From: Pelagomonas calceolata
Lineage: Eukaryota
Length of the DNA: 64,000 nucleotides
Assembly (NCBI GenBank): GCA_918797485.1
Contig: CAKKNE010000001.1
Span: 1,922,001-1,986,000, forward strand
Reading direction: 5' to 3'
Shown: positions 30,284 to 40,422 of the stretch, in pieces
Layout of the letters: each line of letters opens with the position of its first letter
Position numbering within the stretch: the stretch's first letter is position 1
Position numbers and translations under genes: made by a program
Notes under the pieces: generated by a model
Seen by the model: the letters and a program-made list of their open reading frames with translations, nothing else
What the model was told of the DNA's origin: nothing
Database searches by the model: none

Positions 30284-31735
30284 TCACGCGTAGGGCGACA
30301 GCCGCTTCGTCGAGCGCCTTTCAGGCGACCGGTAGGCGACGCCCACGCCGAAGTCCTTGCGCGTCCAGTCGGCCGTTCTAGCACCTCTCCCGAAGCGCCC
30401 CGCACTATACGTCGACATCTTCTCCCGTAGATCATTGACCGACGCCTTCATGAGGTCCAGCGTCTCCGTTGGTGAGACAGGTGGCTGTGTCAAGGGTCCT
30501 CGTTCATGATCCGGTTTCTTGAGCCAGTCGGCGACGTGATCCAATCTACGTTTATATAACAGTGATTGCTCCCGCCTTTTTACTTTCGCCTCGAGCATCT
30601 TGATGGCCGTGGCATGTCTTGAGGCTTCACTCAATTCCACTTCGTCGATGATCGAAGAACTTCGTTCGTACTCCTGGAAGTGATCCACATCGACCGCTAG
30701 CGGTTTCGAGAGCTCATCCAAGATCACGGCTCTCCGAGCCTCCTCTTTCAAGGACGGCGGCTGGACGAAGCGCGTCACAAAGTCCCTCTCGGCTTCGGCC
30801 GATCGAGCCTCCAGCGTCGCGCGGATCTTCCGCTCCGTGTCTCGCTTCCGCCACTGCGCTACTTGCAACTGTTTGGCGAATTTCGAGTTCACCAGATAAT
30901 CGGGCTTCTTGCGCGGCTTCCGGGGTTTCCTGTTCCTATTTAAAGCTTCTGCCAGCCTCTTTATTTTATCTTGCCTCGACTCCTCCTCTTCCTTCTTTGC
31001 AACAGGTTCCTTGCGCCACTGGGCGTGGAGCTGCTGCGTCGCGTTCTTCTTCATGAAGTGCATGAACTCGTCGACCGTGACGTCGCCGCTGCAGTCGATG
31101 TCTATCGCTCGCCAGAGACCTCGCAACTCATTTAATGTAATTTTCTCCTCGCTCAGGTTCAGGCCGGGGTCCCTCCTCCTCGAAACCTGCTCCAGTTCTT
31201 CCCATCCAAGTCTCCCGCTTTCATCAGTATCAAAATGGCCGAAGATCTTGAACCAGTTGCCCGACGACGTGCCGTCGCCCTCCTTGCTGTACTCGTGCAC
31301 CGCCGCGTCATTAATAATGCCACACAGCCTCGTTAGTGTCCTCCTGTCGAGGCGCGGCCAGTCGTCCAGTATCAACAAATAGCAGGCGTGCTGGAACTCC
31401 TTGATGGACACCAAGCCGCTCTTGTCGTGGTCCACGTAGGCCCAGAGGCCCTTCGCCTCCTTCTCCGTGATGCTGATCTCGAGGACATCAATTAATGCCC
31501 TGCGGAACTCCCAGTAGTCGAGGCGGCCGGAACCGTCCGTGTCCAATCGACTGAAGAGTAGAGCCCAGTTCTTGCGCATGGCGTTCTCCTCGTTCCACGC
31601 GGCGCAGAGCCTGGGAAAGGCCTCGTGCATTTTTAGTACTACGGCCCGTAGTTGTTTCGTGGGCAGGAGCTGCTCGTGCTGGGCGTGGAGGGAGGGGCGG
31701 CCCATGGCGCCCTTGCCCATGGCGCCCTTGCCCAT
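30284..31735 (-). CDS. Four EF-hand calcium-binding protein
   Basis: DTDGSGRLDYWE, DHDKSGLVSIKE, DTDESGRLGWEE, DIDCSGDVTVDE. Confidence 0.88.
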   Translation of the reverse strand: MGKGAMGKGAMGRPSLHAQHEQLLPTKQLRAVVLKMHEAFPRLCAAWNEENAMRKNWALLFSRLDTDGSGRLDYWEFRRALIDVLEISITEKEAKGLWAYVDHDKSGLVSIKEFQHACYLLILDDWPRLDRRTLTRLCGIINDAAVHEYSKEGDGTSSGNWFKIFGHFDTDESGRLGWEELEQVSRRRDPGLNLSEEKITLNELRGLWRAIDIDCSGDVTVDEFMHFMKKNATQQLHAQWRKEPVAKKEEEESRQDKIKRLAEALNRNRKPRKPRKKPDYLVNSKFAKQLQVAQWRKRDTERKIRATLEARSAEAERDFVTRFVQPPSLKEEARRAVILDELSKPLAVDVDHFQEYERSSSIIDEVELSEASRHATAIKMLEAKVKRREQSLLYKRRLDHVADWLKKPDHERGPLTQPPVSPTETLDLMKASVNDLREKMSTYSAGRFGRGARTADWTRKDFGVGVAYRSPERRSTKRLSPYA

Positions 31736-31739
31736 GGCG
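31700..31739. repeat. 15-bp tandem repeat (about 2.6 copies) giving three in-frame ATGs (MGKGA)
   Basis: gcccatggcgccctt repeated. Confidence 0.8.
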
Positions 31740-32012
31740 GCCTCGTCTGTGGGGCGTGCGTGTCGCGAGCAGGCTGCCCGCGGCGTTTGGCAGGCCGGCT
31801 CTCCGGCTCTCCGTGTGTGCTGCGCGCTATGGAGAGGAGGTTTTTCGCCCCCGCGGCGGGCGACCGTTCCGGCTTCATCTACGAGGAAATGTTCGGCGCG
31901 GAGTCGTACGAAGCCTCTTACGGAATTAATTTTTTAGCGCCCTCCTTTCCGATTTGTCCGATTTGCAATCTGACATCAAGAATGCCTTCAAGACAACCGG
32001 GGCAGCCCAACG

Positions 32013-33425
32013 ATGCTCGCTTTGGCCTTATTCATCGCAGCTGGAGCGCCCAACGCTGCTAGGGCGCTGCTCGACGCCCGCGCGGTGACGAGGGGCAGCT
32101 TTCGGCGCCTGAGCACCGCCAATTTCGAGGAGCTAAAGCTTGTGGCCGCCGATGCTGCGGCGGGCGACGAGTTCGGCACCTCCGTGGCGATCGACGGTGA
32201 CACCGTGGTTATCGGCGCCCCCGGCGCTGGCACCGGCGGCGCGGTCTACATCCTCCGCACGACCGACGGCGGCGCCACGTACGGTCAGGTGGCCAAGCTG
32301 ACGGCCTCCGACGCCGCATTATACGACGAGTTTGGCAGCTCCGTGGCGATCGCTGGCGGCACCGTCGTGGTTGGGACCAGCGCCAAGGACAGCTACACGG
32401 GCGCGGTCTACGTCTTCCGCACGACCGATGGTGGCGCAACGTACGCCGAGGTGGCCAAGCTGACGGCTGCCGACGCGGCATCGGGCGACGATTTCGGCAT
32501 CTCCGTGGCCATCGCCGGCGATACCATCGTGGTTGGGACCGAGAACAAGGAAGCAGCCTACGTTTTCCGCACGACCGACGGCGGCGCCACGTACGGCCAG
32601 GTTGCCAAGCTGACCGCCTCCGACGCCGCGGCGGGTGACGTGTTCGGCTCCTCCGTGGCCATAGACGGTGAAACTATCGTGGTCGGAGCCTACGGCGAGA
32701 ACTTCGCCACGGGCGCGGCCTACGTCTTCCGCACGACCGACGGCGGCGCCACGTACGGCCAGGTGGCCAAGCTGACTGCCGCCGACGCCGCGTACGATTA
32801 TTTCGGCTACTCTATGGCGATCGACGGCAACACCATCGTGGTCGGGGCCTACGTCAAGGACAACTGGACGGGCGCGGCCTACGTCTTCCGCACGACCGAC
32901 GGCGGCGCCACGTACGACCAGGTGGCCAAGCTGACGGCCGACGACGCCGCGGCGAGCAATTATTTCGGCTACTCCGTGGCGATTGACGGCGGCACGGTCG
33001 TGGTCGGTTCCTTCGGCGACGACGACGCCGGCTCCTACTCGGGCTCGGCCTACGTCTTCCTCACGACCGACGGCGGCGCCACGTACGACCAGGTGGCCAA
33101 GCTGACGGCATCCGATGCCGCTGCGGGCGACTTCGGCGGATCTGTGGCGATCGCCGGCAGCACCATCGTGGTCGGGGCCTACTCCGGCTCGGGCTCGGCC
33201 TACGTCTTCCCGCCGCCCGCCCCTACTGCGCAGCCGACGCCCCGTCCAACCTGGACGTTTCAGCCGACGCCCCAGCCAACGATATCGCCCAAGCCCACAA
33301 CGCCCCAGCCCACAACACCCCAGCCCACGCCCGAGCCTTCGACAGCGGCCCTTGGATCAGATGCGGCGACGCGGGCGGGCGGGACCTTCCTCGCCCTCCT
33401 CGTCGCCACGGTCCTCGCTCTCTAG
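32013..33425 (+). CDS. Secreted FG-GAP beta-propeller with PT-rich stalk and probable GPI/TM anchor
   Basis: Seven repeats of KLTAxDAA..FGxSVAIxGxTIVVGA..GAAYVF; TPQP repeats; hydrophobic C-terminus. Confidence 0.92.
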   Translation: MLALALFIAAGAPNAARALLDARAVTRGSFRRLSTANFEELKLVAADAAAGDEFGTSVAIDGDTVVIGAPGAGTGGAVYILRTTDGGATYGQVAKLTASDAALYDEFGSSVAIAGGTVVVGTSAKDSYTGAVYVFRTTDGGATYAEVAKLTAADAASGDDFGISVAIAGDTIVVGTENKEAAYVFRTTDGGATYGQVAKLTASDAAAGDVFGSSVAIDGETIVVGAYGENFATGAAYVFRTTDGGATYGQVAKLTAADAAYDYFGYSMAIDGNTIVVGAYVKDNWTGAAYVFRTTDGGATYDQVAKLTADDAAASNYFGYSVAIDGGTVVVGSFGDDDAGSYSGSAYVFLTTDGGATYDQVAKLTASDAAAGDFGGSVAIAGSTIVVGAYSGSGSAYVFPPPAPTAQPTPRPTWTFQPTPQPTISPKPTTPQPTTPQPTPEPSTAALGSDAATRAGGTFLALLVATVLAL

Positions 33426-33581
33426 CCGCGCCCGCGGATATCCCGTTCACGCCCCCAGGGCGTTGCGCGCAATTCCGTCTCTTACCTCGAGTCGTCCTCC
33501 CCCCATCGCCGCTCTCCCGAGTCTTCAAATCCCCTCCCGAGCAGAGCTACTTCGACAGCCGCCACTAATTATTCGATCTTT

Positions 33582-33605
33582 GAGGCTGAGGCTGAGGCTG
33601 AGGCT
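33582..33605. repeat. (GAGGCT)4 microsatellite
   Basis: gaggctgaggctgaggctgaggct. Confidence 0.8.
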
Positions 33606-33626
33606 AGTTACGTCGCAGGTTTGATT

Positions 33627-33650
33627 GCTAGTGTCTTACCGGCCGCTAGC
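33627..33650 (-). promoter_or_regulatory. Copy of recurrent CTAG-bracketed upstream motif
   Basis: gctagtgtcttaccggccgctagc, 107 nt upstream of ATG 33757. Confidence 0.65.
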
Positions 33651-33756
33651 TCCAAAAATGCGCGCGCAAGCACTCACTCTGAGACACGACTCCCGCCGGA
33701 CGCTAGCGTGAGCCCAGCGCTGCCGTCCCGTCAGAGCCGCAGCATCGAACGTAGCC

Positions 33757-35751
33757 ATGGCGAGAACCATCAACCGAGGCGCGGGAAGAGGCGGCGGCCG
33801 CGGCGGCAACTACGGCCGGGGCCGCGGCTACGGCCGCGGCAAAGGGGGCGGCCGCGGCGGCCGCCAGGGCGTGCTCTGGACGCGCAAGGCCCGCGAATGT
33901 AATACGCCCTGCCACAACGCCGCGAACAACGATTTAAGGGACCGCTACCGCAAGTACTACGAGTTCATCTGCGCGACCAATGAAGAGACGAGGCAAGAAC
34001 CGGGCACGTACCTCAAGGTCCTCAAGGGGTTATATTACCACGGCGAGGAGGTCGATTCCTACGACGCCGCCCTACGAGTCAAGGGCGTCGGGCCGATGCA
34101 CGCGCGGAAGTGCGCGTCGGCCGTGCGCTGGCGCGAGCACCTCGACGCCAACATCACTCCAATTCAGCGGGGCCGCTGGGCGGCGCCGCCTCGCCAAGAG
34201 GGCCAGAAGCCCCGCTGGTGGCGCGTCGAGACCGTCGAAGTTCCGACAACGGGCAAGTGCATGGCGCGGCGCCAGTGGGGCCTGGAAGGTACTGCTGGCT
34301 ACGATGAAGATTTTAAGGACTTTAGTGAGCGGCGCAAGTGCGACTCTGACGTTGCGAGTTGGATCCGGAGGAAGGAGGGCGAGGGGTATCAAAGGTCGGC
34401 TCATGGTGGAGATGATGGCGCGGACCACTACTTACCACCTCAAGAAGAGGAAGAACAAAGGGAGGTCGTCCCGCGCGTCCGGCGGTCGAAATACGGTCCA
34501 AGGTTCTTAGACAAGGACACCGGGAGTCTGTCCGGTGTGTGTGCGTTGCTGGTGGCGCTGCACCGCCGGTCGCCTTTGGACAAGGCTACGCTAGCCCAGG
34601 AGGCCCAGCAGCATACGAGGGTCGCGATGACCGCAAATGGCCAGCAGTGGTATGGTGGTATTAAATCGCTAGATACTTTACTAAAAAATGATATCGTGGA
34701 ACCCGTGCCGCATGATGTGCGACGCTACCGCTTAACGAGTGAGGCCGGAAGCGGTTTAGTTAGTGGTGTCGAGCTGGCGCGCGACGTCGATGCTCGTTAT
34801 CGCAAGGAGCTCGAGCATGCAGCTCCACAAAGAGACGACGATAGCGATGAAGAAGCGCCTCAGAAGAGACGACGGAGCTGCCTCGAACGCTTGAGGAACG
34901 ACGTCGACGGGGCCAGGCCGTTCCTAGACGTCTACGACATTACGTTATATGTTGATAGTAGAGAAAAACGAAAGAACGACAACCACGAGGCCGACGCCAT
35001 CGTTGGATTATTGCATCAAGGTGCCCAGGCAATGAGTGTGAAGAAGGCGCCGTTGCAAGTCGGGGATTACCTATTTATCGCGACGCCAAAAAACGAACAG
35101 CAGTACGACACGTTCTGGCGGGACCGAGGCATTGTTGTAGGGTCCTGTATCGAGCGCAAATGTGCTTCGGATTTCCATACGACCGTGAAGGGCAAGTCTC
35201 ATCATCGAAAGCAGACGCTGGCGTTATCTCGTTGTGGCGTGCCCGCTTCGTATGTGATTGAGGGTGACATCGATGCGTTGGATATTTGTAGTTTAGATAA
35301 GCAGGATTTACATGACGAGATGGCGCGCTTGGAGATCCAGCTTGGATTTACGGTCCATAGATCCCCGTCCTTTGAACATACGGTACGCTACCTCCAAGGG
35401 CTGGATGCGTACTTGCGCGACGATTTACGTCGTAAAACAGTAGACGATGTATTGAAGAACGCGATGGCTTATAGAGATATCATACAATCGCTGGGTATCG
35501 ACGAGAAGCAGTGGGACCTAAAAGCGCGGTTCGGGGCTTTTTTACTACATGTACCGGGCGTCAAAAACGAGTACGTCGCGCATATTCTGGCGAAGTACCC
35601 GACGTTTGCGTTGTTGAAGCGGGCCTTGGATTCCCATTCACTAGAAGAGCCGCTCCTGACGCGCGTGCTCGTGCCCGGGTCGCGGCGCCGCGCGGACGCG
35701 AAAAAGATCGCGGACTTCTTTGTTCTGAGGGACTACCCCGTCACCGGATAA
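33757..35751 (+). CDS. MUS81: MUS81-like crossover-junction endonuclease with RGG N-terminus and WGR-like insert
   Basis: HhH LRVKGVGP; winged helix; ERCC4 motifs YVDSRE, LQVGDYLF, IERKCASDF; C-terminal HhH VPGV. Confidence 0.82.
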   Translation: MARTINRGAGRGGGRGGNYGRGRGYGRGKGGGRGGRQGVLWTRKARECNTPCHNAANNDLRDRYRKYYEFICATNEETRQEPGTYLKVLKGLYYHGEEVDSYDAALRVKGVGPMHARKCASAVRWREHLDANITPIQRGRWAAPPRQEGQKPRWWRVETVEVPTTGKCMARRQWGLEGTAGYDEDFKDFSERRKCDSDVASWIRRKEGEGYQRSAHGGDDGADHYLPPQEEEEQREVVPRVRRSKYGPRFLDKDTGSLSGVCALLVALHRRSPLDKATLAQEAQQHTRVAMTANGQQWYGGIKSLDTLLKNDIVEPVPHDVRRYRLTSEAGSGLVSGVELARDVDARYRKELEHAAPQRDDDSDEEAPQKRRRSCLERLRNDVDGARPFLDVYDITLYVDSREKRKNDNHEADAIVGLLHQGAQAMSVKKAPLQVGDYLFIATPKNEQQYDTFWRDRGIVVGSCIERKCASDFHTTVKGKSHHRKQTLALSRCGVPASYVIEGDIDALDICSLDKQDLHDEMARLEIQLGFTVHRSPSFEHTVRYLQGLDAYLRDDLRRKTVDDVLKNAMAYRDIIQSLGIDEKQWDLKARFGAFLLHVPGVKNEYVAHILAKYPTFALLKRALDSHSLEEPLLTRVLVPGSRRRADAKKIADFFVLRDYPVTG

Positions 35752-35926
35752 GTGTGTTTGATTGTCGATGGCGTAGAGCGTAGGCGGCTACCCCGACGCG
35801 TCGACGCGGCGGCAGAGCGCCCTGCACAGCGGCAGGCGGCCGTGGTGCTGTCGCGCCATAAGCGCACACACCACCGCGACGCTGGCGCGTCAGGTGCTCC
35901 ATTAGGCAGCAAAACAACCGCGTACG

Positions 35927-37726
35927 ATGGCCCAGCGCTTCGTCGGGCAGCCCGGCGGCAAGACTGCCTTCGACAAGCGCCACTCAGATGACAGCTTGGC
36001 ACCGGCAGCACAACTGCAGCGGCGCGAGACCTCGAAGCGCCTGGTGAGCTGGGAAGGCAGCAACCAATTGGCACTGCTGGACAGCGATTATAAAGCGGCG
36101 CACTGCCGGCGCTACACCGGGCGTGCGACTGTGCGAGAGCCGACGTTCAGCCTCCGAGAGTTCTGCAAGGCTTACGCGTACGAGACCCTGCCGCCGGTCC
36201 TCGATCTTGCGGCCGCATCCCTTCTAGAAGGCTCGCTTGCGAAGGGATGGCACGTGACGGGTTATCGCGCGCTGCGGCCGTCGCCCGCGCACATCGGCTG
36301 GGGCAACTCGATTTTCGCTGGGGTCTTCGGCCATATCACTTGGGCGCCCCTCGTCTACGCGGTCAACTACGCGTACTTCACGAGTCGCGTCGTTCGCGCG
36401 CACGTCGACCCCGTGGAGTTGCTCGTCCTCGACGTGTTCCAGCTCATCCGCAACGGCGTCGTCGCGACGAAGTACGCGTATTTTGAAGAGGAAGACCTGG
36501 AGTCGATGCGCCAGAGGCCGCCGGCCTGGTCATGGGACAAGACGGATAGGCAGCTGCTGCTCGGCGGCGGGCTGTCGCCAAAGGACTACGCGGGTCTCCT
36601 CGAGGCGCTCGTCGTCGACGCGATGGCGACGGCTGACATTGATTTGAGGGCAGTCGACGTGGCCATCGACGAGGACGGCGCGGCGGCGGTGCGAGACCTA
36701 GTCAAAGCCACGGGCGGCGACGCCTTCGCGGCGCCCGATGGCCGCACGTCCGCCGCGGCCGTGCTATGGTGCCTCTTGGCGCGGCACTGGTCGGTGGGCC
36801 TGGCACCAAAGGCGGTCCTCTTTGTCGTCGCCGAGGTGTTGATGATACTTTTTTTGCCGGCCATCGAGCGAACAGCCCTCGGTGGCGCCCCGTACGGCCC
36901 TCCGGGGCTAGTTCGCTTCGTTCTCGTCATGTACACGGTTCTCCTCGCTTTCGGGCCGAAGACGGCGACGCCGACGCTCATCTTTCCCATGGCTGCCGCA
37001 AACGACTGGCACCGACGGGGCATGGTCCTTGGGTGCCTCGGCGACGTGTTTGATGCGCCGGGGCTGTCCGCGGGCGACCTCGTGCGCCCGACGGAGAATA
37101 CTGAGGGAAAGGTCGCGCCCGCCGCCGGCACACGCATATTTCTGGATCCTCACGATCCTAAGAACGTCTTCGCCCACGCGATGATGCGCCCGGTACTGAG
37201 ACGAATCGCGCGGAAGATCCAGTTGAGATGTCAGGCGTACCTCTGGATATATTTTGCCGGCGCGATAGCCGCTCTAGTGGTACTCAACGTCTTGCTGTGG
37301 TATCCGTTGTCTCACAGACTGCTCGCCGCGCACCTCGCGGCGCTCTTCGCGGTGCTGACGGGTCTGTCTGTCGTGATTATCTTCGTCGCTGCGAAGACGA
37401 CGAACGACATCACACCTATCCACCGGTCGCGCCTCCAGCGCGAGCGCCTCGCGATCGAGCGTGAAATATCTGCCGGGGTGGACTCGACGCGAGCCGTGAC
37501 CCTGGAACACGCGCGACGGCTCCTCAAGACGCTCGACGAGAACATAGCGTTTGAAGAAGTAGAAAGGGAGCCCGCCTCGGTCCTAGGCGTCGCGGCGTCG
37601 GCGGGAACCATCGGGTCTGTGCTGTCGTTGCTACTGGGCGGGCTGCTCTTCGCCTTCGAGGGCTACAACTCGAGCCGGCAGAACGGCTGGAAGTATGGGG
37701 AGGACGGGGTGTTTTCGAAGGAGTAA
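35927..37726 (+). CDS. Multi-pass membrane protein of unknown function
   Basis: 599-aa ORF with about 7 hydrophobic segments. Confidence 0.75.
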   Translation: MAQRFVGQPGGKTAFDKRHSDDSLAPAAQLQRRETSKRLVSWEGSNQLALLDSDYKAAHCRRYTGRATVREPTFSLREFCKAYAYETLPPVLDLAAASLLEGSLAKGWHVTGYRALRPSPAHIGWGNSIFAGVFGHITWAPLVYAVNYAYFTSRVVRAHVDPVELLVLDVFQLIRNGVVATKYAYFEEEDLESMRQRPPAWSWDKTDRQLLLGGGLSPKDYAGLLEALVVDAMATADIDLRAVDVAIDEDGAAAVRDLVKATGGDAFAAPDGRTSAAAVLWCLLARHWSVGLAPKAVLFVVAEVLMILFLPAIERTALGGAPYGPPGLVRFVLVMYTVLLAFGPKTATPTLIFPMAAANDWHRRGMVLGCLGDVFDAPGLSAGDLVRPTENTEGKVAPAAGTRIFLDPHDPKNVFAHAMMRPVLRRIARKIQLRCQAYLWIYFAGAIAALVVLNVLLWYPLSHRLLAAHLAALFAVLTGLSVVIIFVAAKTTNDITPIHRSRLQRERLAIEREISAGVDSTRAVTLEHARRLLKTLDENIAFEEVEREPASVLGVAASAGTIGSVLSLLLGGLLFAFEGYNSSRQNGWKYGEDGVFSKE

Positions 37727-37728
37727 GT

Positions 37729-37815
37729 GTTGTGCGTGTGTGATTGTGTGATTGTGTGATTGTGTGATTGTGATTGTTGATTGTGATTGTGATTGTGATT
37801 GTGATTTATGTGATT
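37729..37815. repeat. Imperfect (TGTGAT/TGTGTGAT)n microsatellite
   Basis: gtgtgattgtgtgattgtgtgattgtgtgattgtgattgttgattgtgatt... Confidence 0.9.
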
Positions 37816-38212
37816 CATAATTTATCCACGTGCCGTATGTATAACATATGCTGTCGACGGATATGTTAGACAGATATGTTAGTCCGGTCCGAGTCGCGAT
37901 TTAACTCGAGGGTGTTCTTAGCGTCCAATAGCCGCCTATTGTCCCCGTATGTGTCCGTTGACTGTAATACGGGTCGATGGGTGGGTTCGAGGCCTCGCGG
38001 GTGTTAGCGATATGGCTCAGATTCCAGAGTCCAAGTTTTGCCAGGCAGCCTCTGTGCAAAGCCTGTGCTCAACGTGCGCGAATCAGTTCCGGTCCACACT
38101 TACGCAAGCTCGATATTACTATAAAAACTGAGCGCGCGGCCGAAGCTCGGCATCGCTGGCGCCCCTTAGTACGCCATAGCCAGCAAAGAGCTCTCCTAGC
38201 TCTGCAGCCGAA

Positions 38213-39463
38213 ATGTCGCCAGCCATCGACGATATAGAAGCCCCAGCCATCGAACGGCCGCCGGAGCACCCGCCGCTCGCCACGACGAACCCGCTGCTCG
38301 TCAACGCCTTGCGCGAGGGCAAGGTCGACGAGGCGGCGTTGCGCAAACTACCACGAAGTGTCAGGGAGTACCAAGAGGCGCAGAACGAACTCATCGACGA
38401 CCTTCTCGACATCGAGTATGCGCCCTCGAACCCCTGGGACGCCGCGCCGGACGGAGAACAAAGCGCGCGCGCGCGCTTCGCCACACGTGCTTCGTTCATG
38501 ATCAACGTCTTCCTGTGTCTGATTAAATACGTCGCGTTCATCTATTCAAGAAGCTACGTCGTCCTCGCGTCGGCGGTCGACTCGACGATGGACCTCGTGT
38601 CAGGTGGTGTGTTGTTCTGCCAAGCTAGAGCAGCGGCTAGACAGGACCGTCCAAAGGTGCGCGACAAGTTTCCGACCGGGCTCTCTAGACTAGAACCCGT
38701 ATCCGTGTTAGTTTTTGCCGTCCTCATGGCGGCGCTCTCGCTCCAGATCTTCTACGAGTCCGCCGAAGCACTGATCGGCGGCCTGACGAAGACTTCGCCG
38801 CCGCGGCCCGAAGCCGGGGCGCTGGTCATCGCCATCATTGTCACCGTCATCGCGACGAAGCTGTGCCTGCACATCTGGTGCCAGCGCGTCGCGGCGAAGG
38901 GCGGCGCGGACACCGGCCCCGTCCAAGCCCTGGCCGACGACCACCGCAACGACGTCATCTCGAACACCTGGGGCCTGGCGGCTCTATTAGCGGCGGCGCT
39001 CGGCCCGGGCGCGTGCTGGATGGCCGACCCCATTGGAGCCATGCTCATCAGTGTCTTCCTCGTCTACATGTGGGCTTGTACCGCTAAGGAGCAGGGGACC
39101 ATATTGGTTGGAGTTGCTCCTGACCCAGCTTTCCACGCCCGACTCACGTATCTGGCCCTCAAGGCCTCGCCCGCGCTCGTGGGCCTCGACACGCTACGCG
39201 TTTACTCCGCGGGCGCCGAGACGTACACCGTCGAGATCGACTTGATCCTCCCGCCGGAGATGCTGCACCGCGACGCCCACGACATCGGACAAGCGTTACA
39301 AGATCGATTGGAAGCGGACCCGGCCGTCGCGCGCGCCTTTGTCCACCTCGACTGGGAGGCGTCGCACGTCGGCGAGCACCTCGGCAAGCCCTCCCTCGCG
39401 CGCGGGCGCGGCTCGAGCCTCGACTCGCCGGGGGCGCCCCTGCTGCACAAGAAGGGGACGTGA
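38213..39463 (+). CDS. Cation diffusion facilitator (MTP, Mn-CDF type)
   Basis: AVDSTMDL, LADDHRND, ADPIGA, HDIGQALQ..RAFVHLD. Confidence 0.92.
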   Translation: MSPAIDDIEAPAIERPPEHPPLATTNPLLVNALREGKVDEAALRKLPRSVREYQEAQNELIDDLLDIEYAPSNPWDAAPDGEQSARARFATRASFMINVFLCLIKYVAFIYSRSYVVLASAVDSTMDLVSGGVLFCQARAAARQDRPKVRDKFPTGLSRLEPVSVLVFAVLMAALSLQIFYESAEALIGGLTKTSPPRPEAGALVIAIIVTVIATKLCLHIWCQRVAAKGGADTGPVQALADDHRNDVISNTWGLAALLAAALGPGACWMADPIGAMLISVFLVYMWACTAKEQGTILVGVAPDPAFHARLTYLALKASPALVGLDTLRVYSAGAETYTVEIDLILPPEMLHRDAHDIGQALQDRLEADPAVARAFVHLDWEASHVGEHLGKPSLARGRGSSLDSPGAPLLHKKGT

Positions 39464-39627
39464 CTGCTCGATGGCGTTGAGGGTGCCCCAGAGCCCTCGC
39501 TCTAAGCTATGTGATTCGTTAACCTTCACGCGCAGTGAGTTCTAGCAGTGAGTGTTGCACAGAATATTTACAGGCGTGGCCGCCGGCGGCGCAGGAGCGG
39601 CGCGGGCGGGCACGATGGGGAAACGTA

Positions 39628-40029
39628 CTACAACGACCAGCAGAACGTCGGGTCGCCGCCGTCCTCCGACACCTTGCGCCCGTAGCCCTGGAAGCTGTGG
39701 GCCGAGCCGTCCATCGTCGCACCGACCTTCGGCGACTTCGGCTCGGTCACGGGCTCGGTGAGGGCGGGCCCGTCGACGTCGGTCGTGGGGCGGCCCTCGG
39801 GCCCGGCGAGCGCCGCGCCGAGGCCCGCGCGGAGTTCTTTCTCTTCGTCGAGCGTGCGGAGGGCGATCTTGACGTCGTCCTTCTGGTCGGCCGTGAAGCG
39901 CACTCTCCCTTTATCCGCGAGCGCGGCGCCGAGGCGCCCGTCGAGGCCCTGGCTTGGCGGGCCTTCCTGGTCCAGCCCCTTGCGCAGGGCGCGCCGCACG
40001 GCGTCGGCCTGGTGGGGCGTGAACATCAT
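39628..40029 (-). CDS. Small hypothetical protein with an internal repeat (FTxxQxDxVxxALR twice)
   Basis: GC3-biased ORF; FTPHQADAVRRALR and FTADQKDDVKIALR. Confidence 0.55.
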   Translation of the reverse strand: MMFTPHQADAVRRALRKGLDQEGPPSQGLDGRLGAALADKGRVRFTADQKDDVKIALRTLDEEKELRAGLGAALAGPEGRPTTDVDGPALTEPVTEPKSPKVGATMDGSAHSFQGYGRKVSEDGGDPTFCWSL

Positions 40030-40422
40030 TTTCGAGCGTCCTGCGGTCACAGGCCCATTTTTGAATCGGCAGCCCGTTTAAGGCTGCCCGTTTCGAGATG
40101 TTGCGCCCACCGCCCAATTTTGTGTTGCCGTGACGTTCGAAATTGTTGATCCCTCGGAGCGGTGCAGGGTAGTCCCGGGCGCAGCGACAACGTCCTGGAG
40201 ACAGGTATCGCTGCTAGACTGGAAAACAGACTAGAGACAAGGACAAGTTCTTCGACGACCGCGTAAGACGCGACACAAGCGGTGCTGACGGCTGCGGAGT
40301 TTGGGAAAAGCGCCTTTGTTTAGGCGGAGAACCTTCATCCAAAGCGTCTGTTCGCGCGGCTTGCGCGTGGTGAGCACGAGCTTACCCTTGAGATCCTTGA
40401 GAGAGCAAGAGGAGCTGCGACG

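Noticed and set aside
32130..33210. About 170-bp tandem repeats as satellite or CRISPR
   Set aside because: They are in-frame coding FG-GAP repeats
37729..37815. Interstitial telomere
   Set aside because: Unit GATTGT lacks the GGG run of TTAGGG-type repeats
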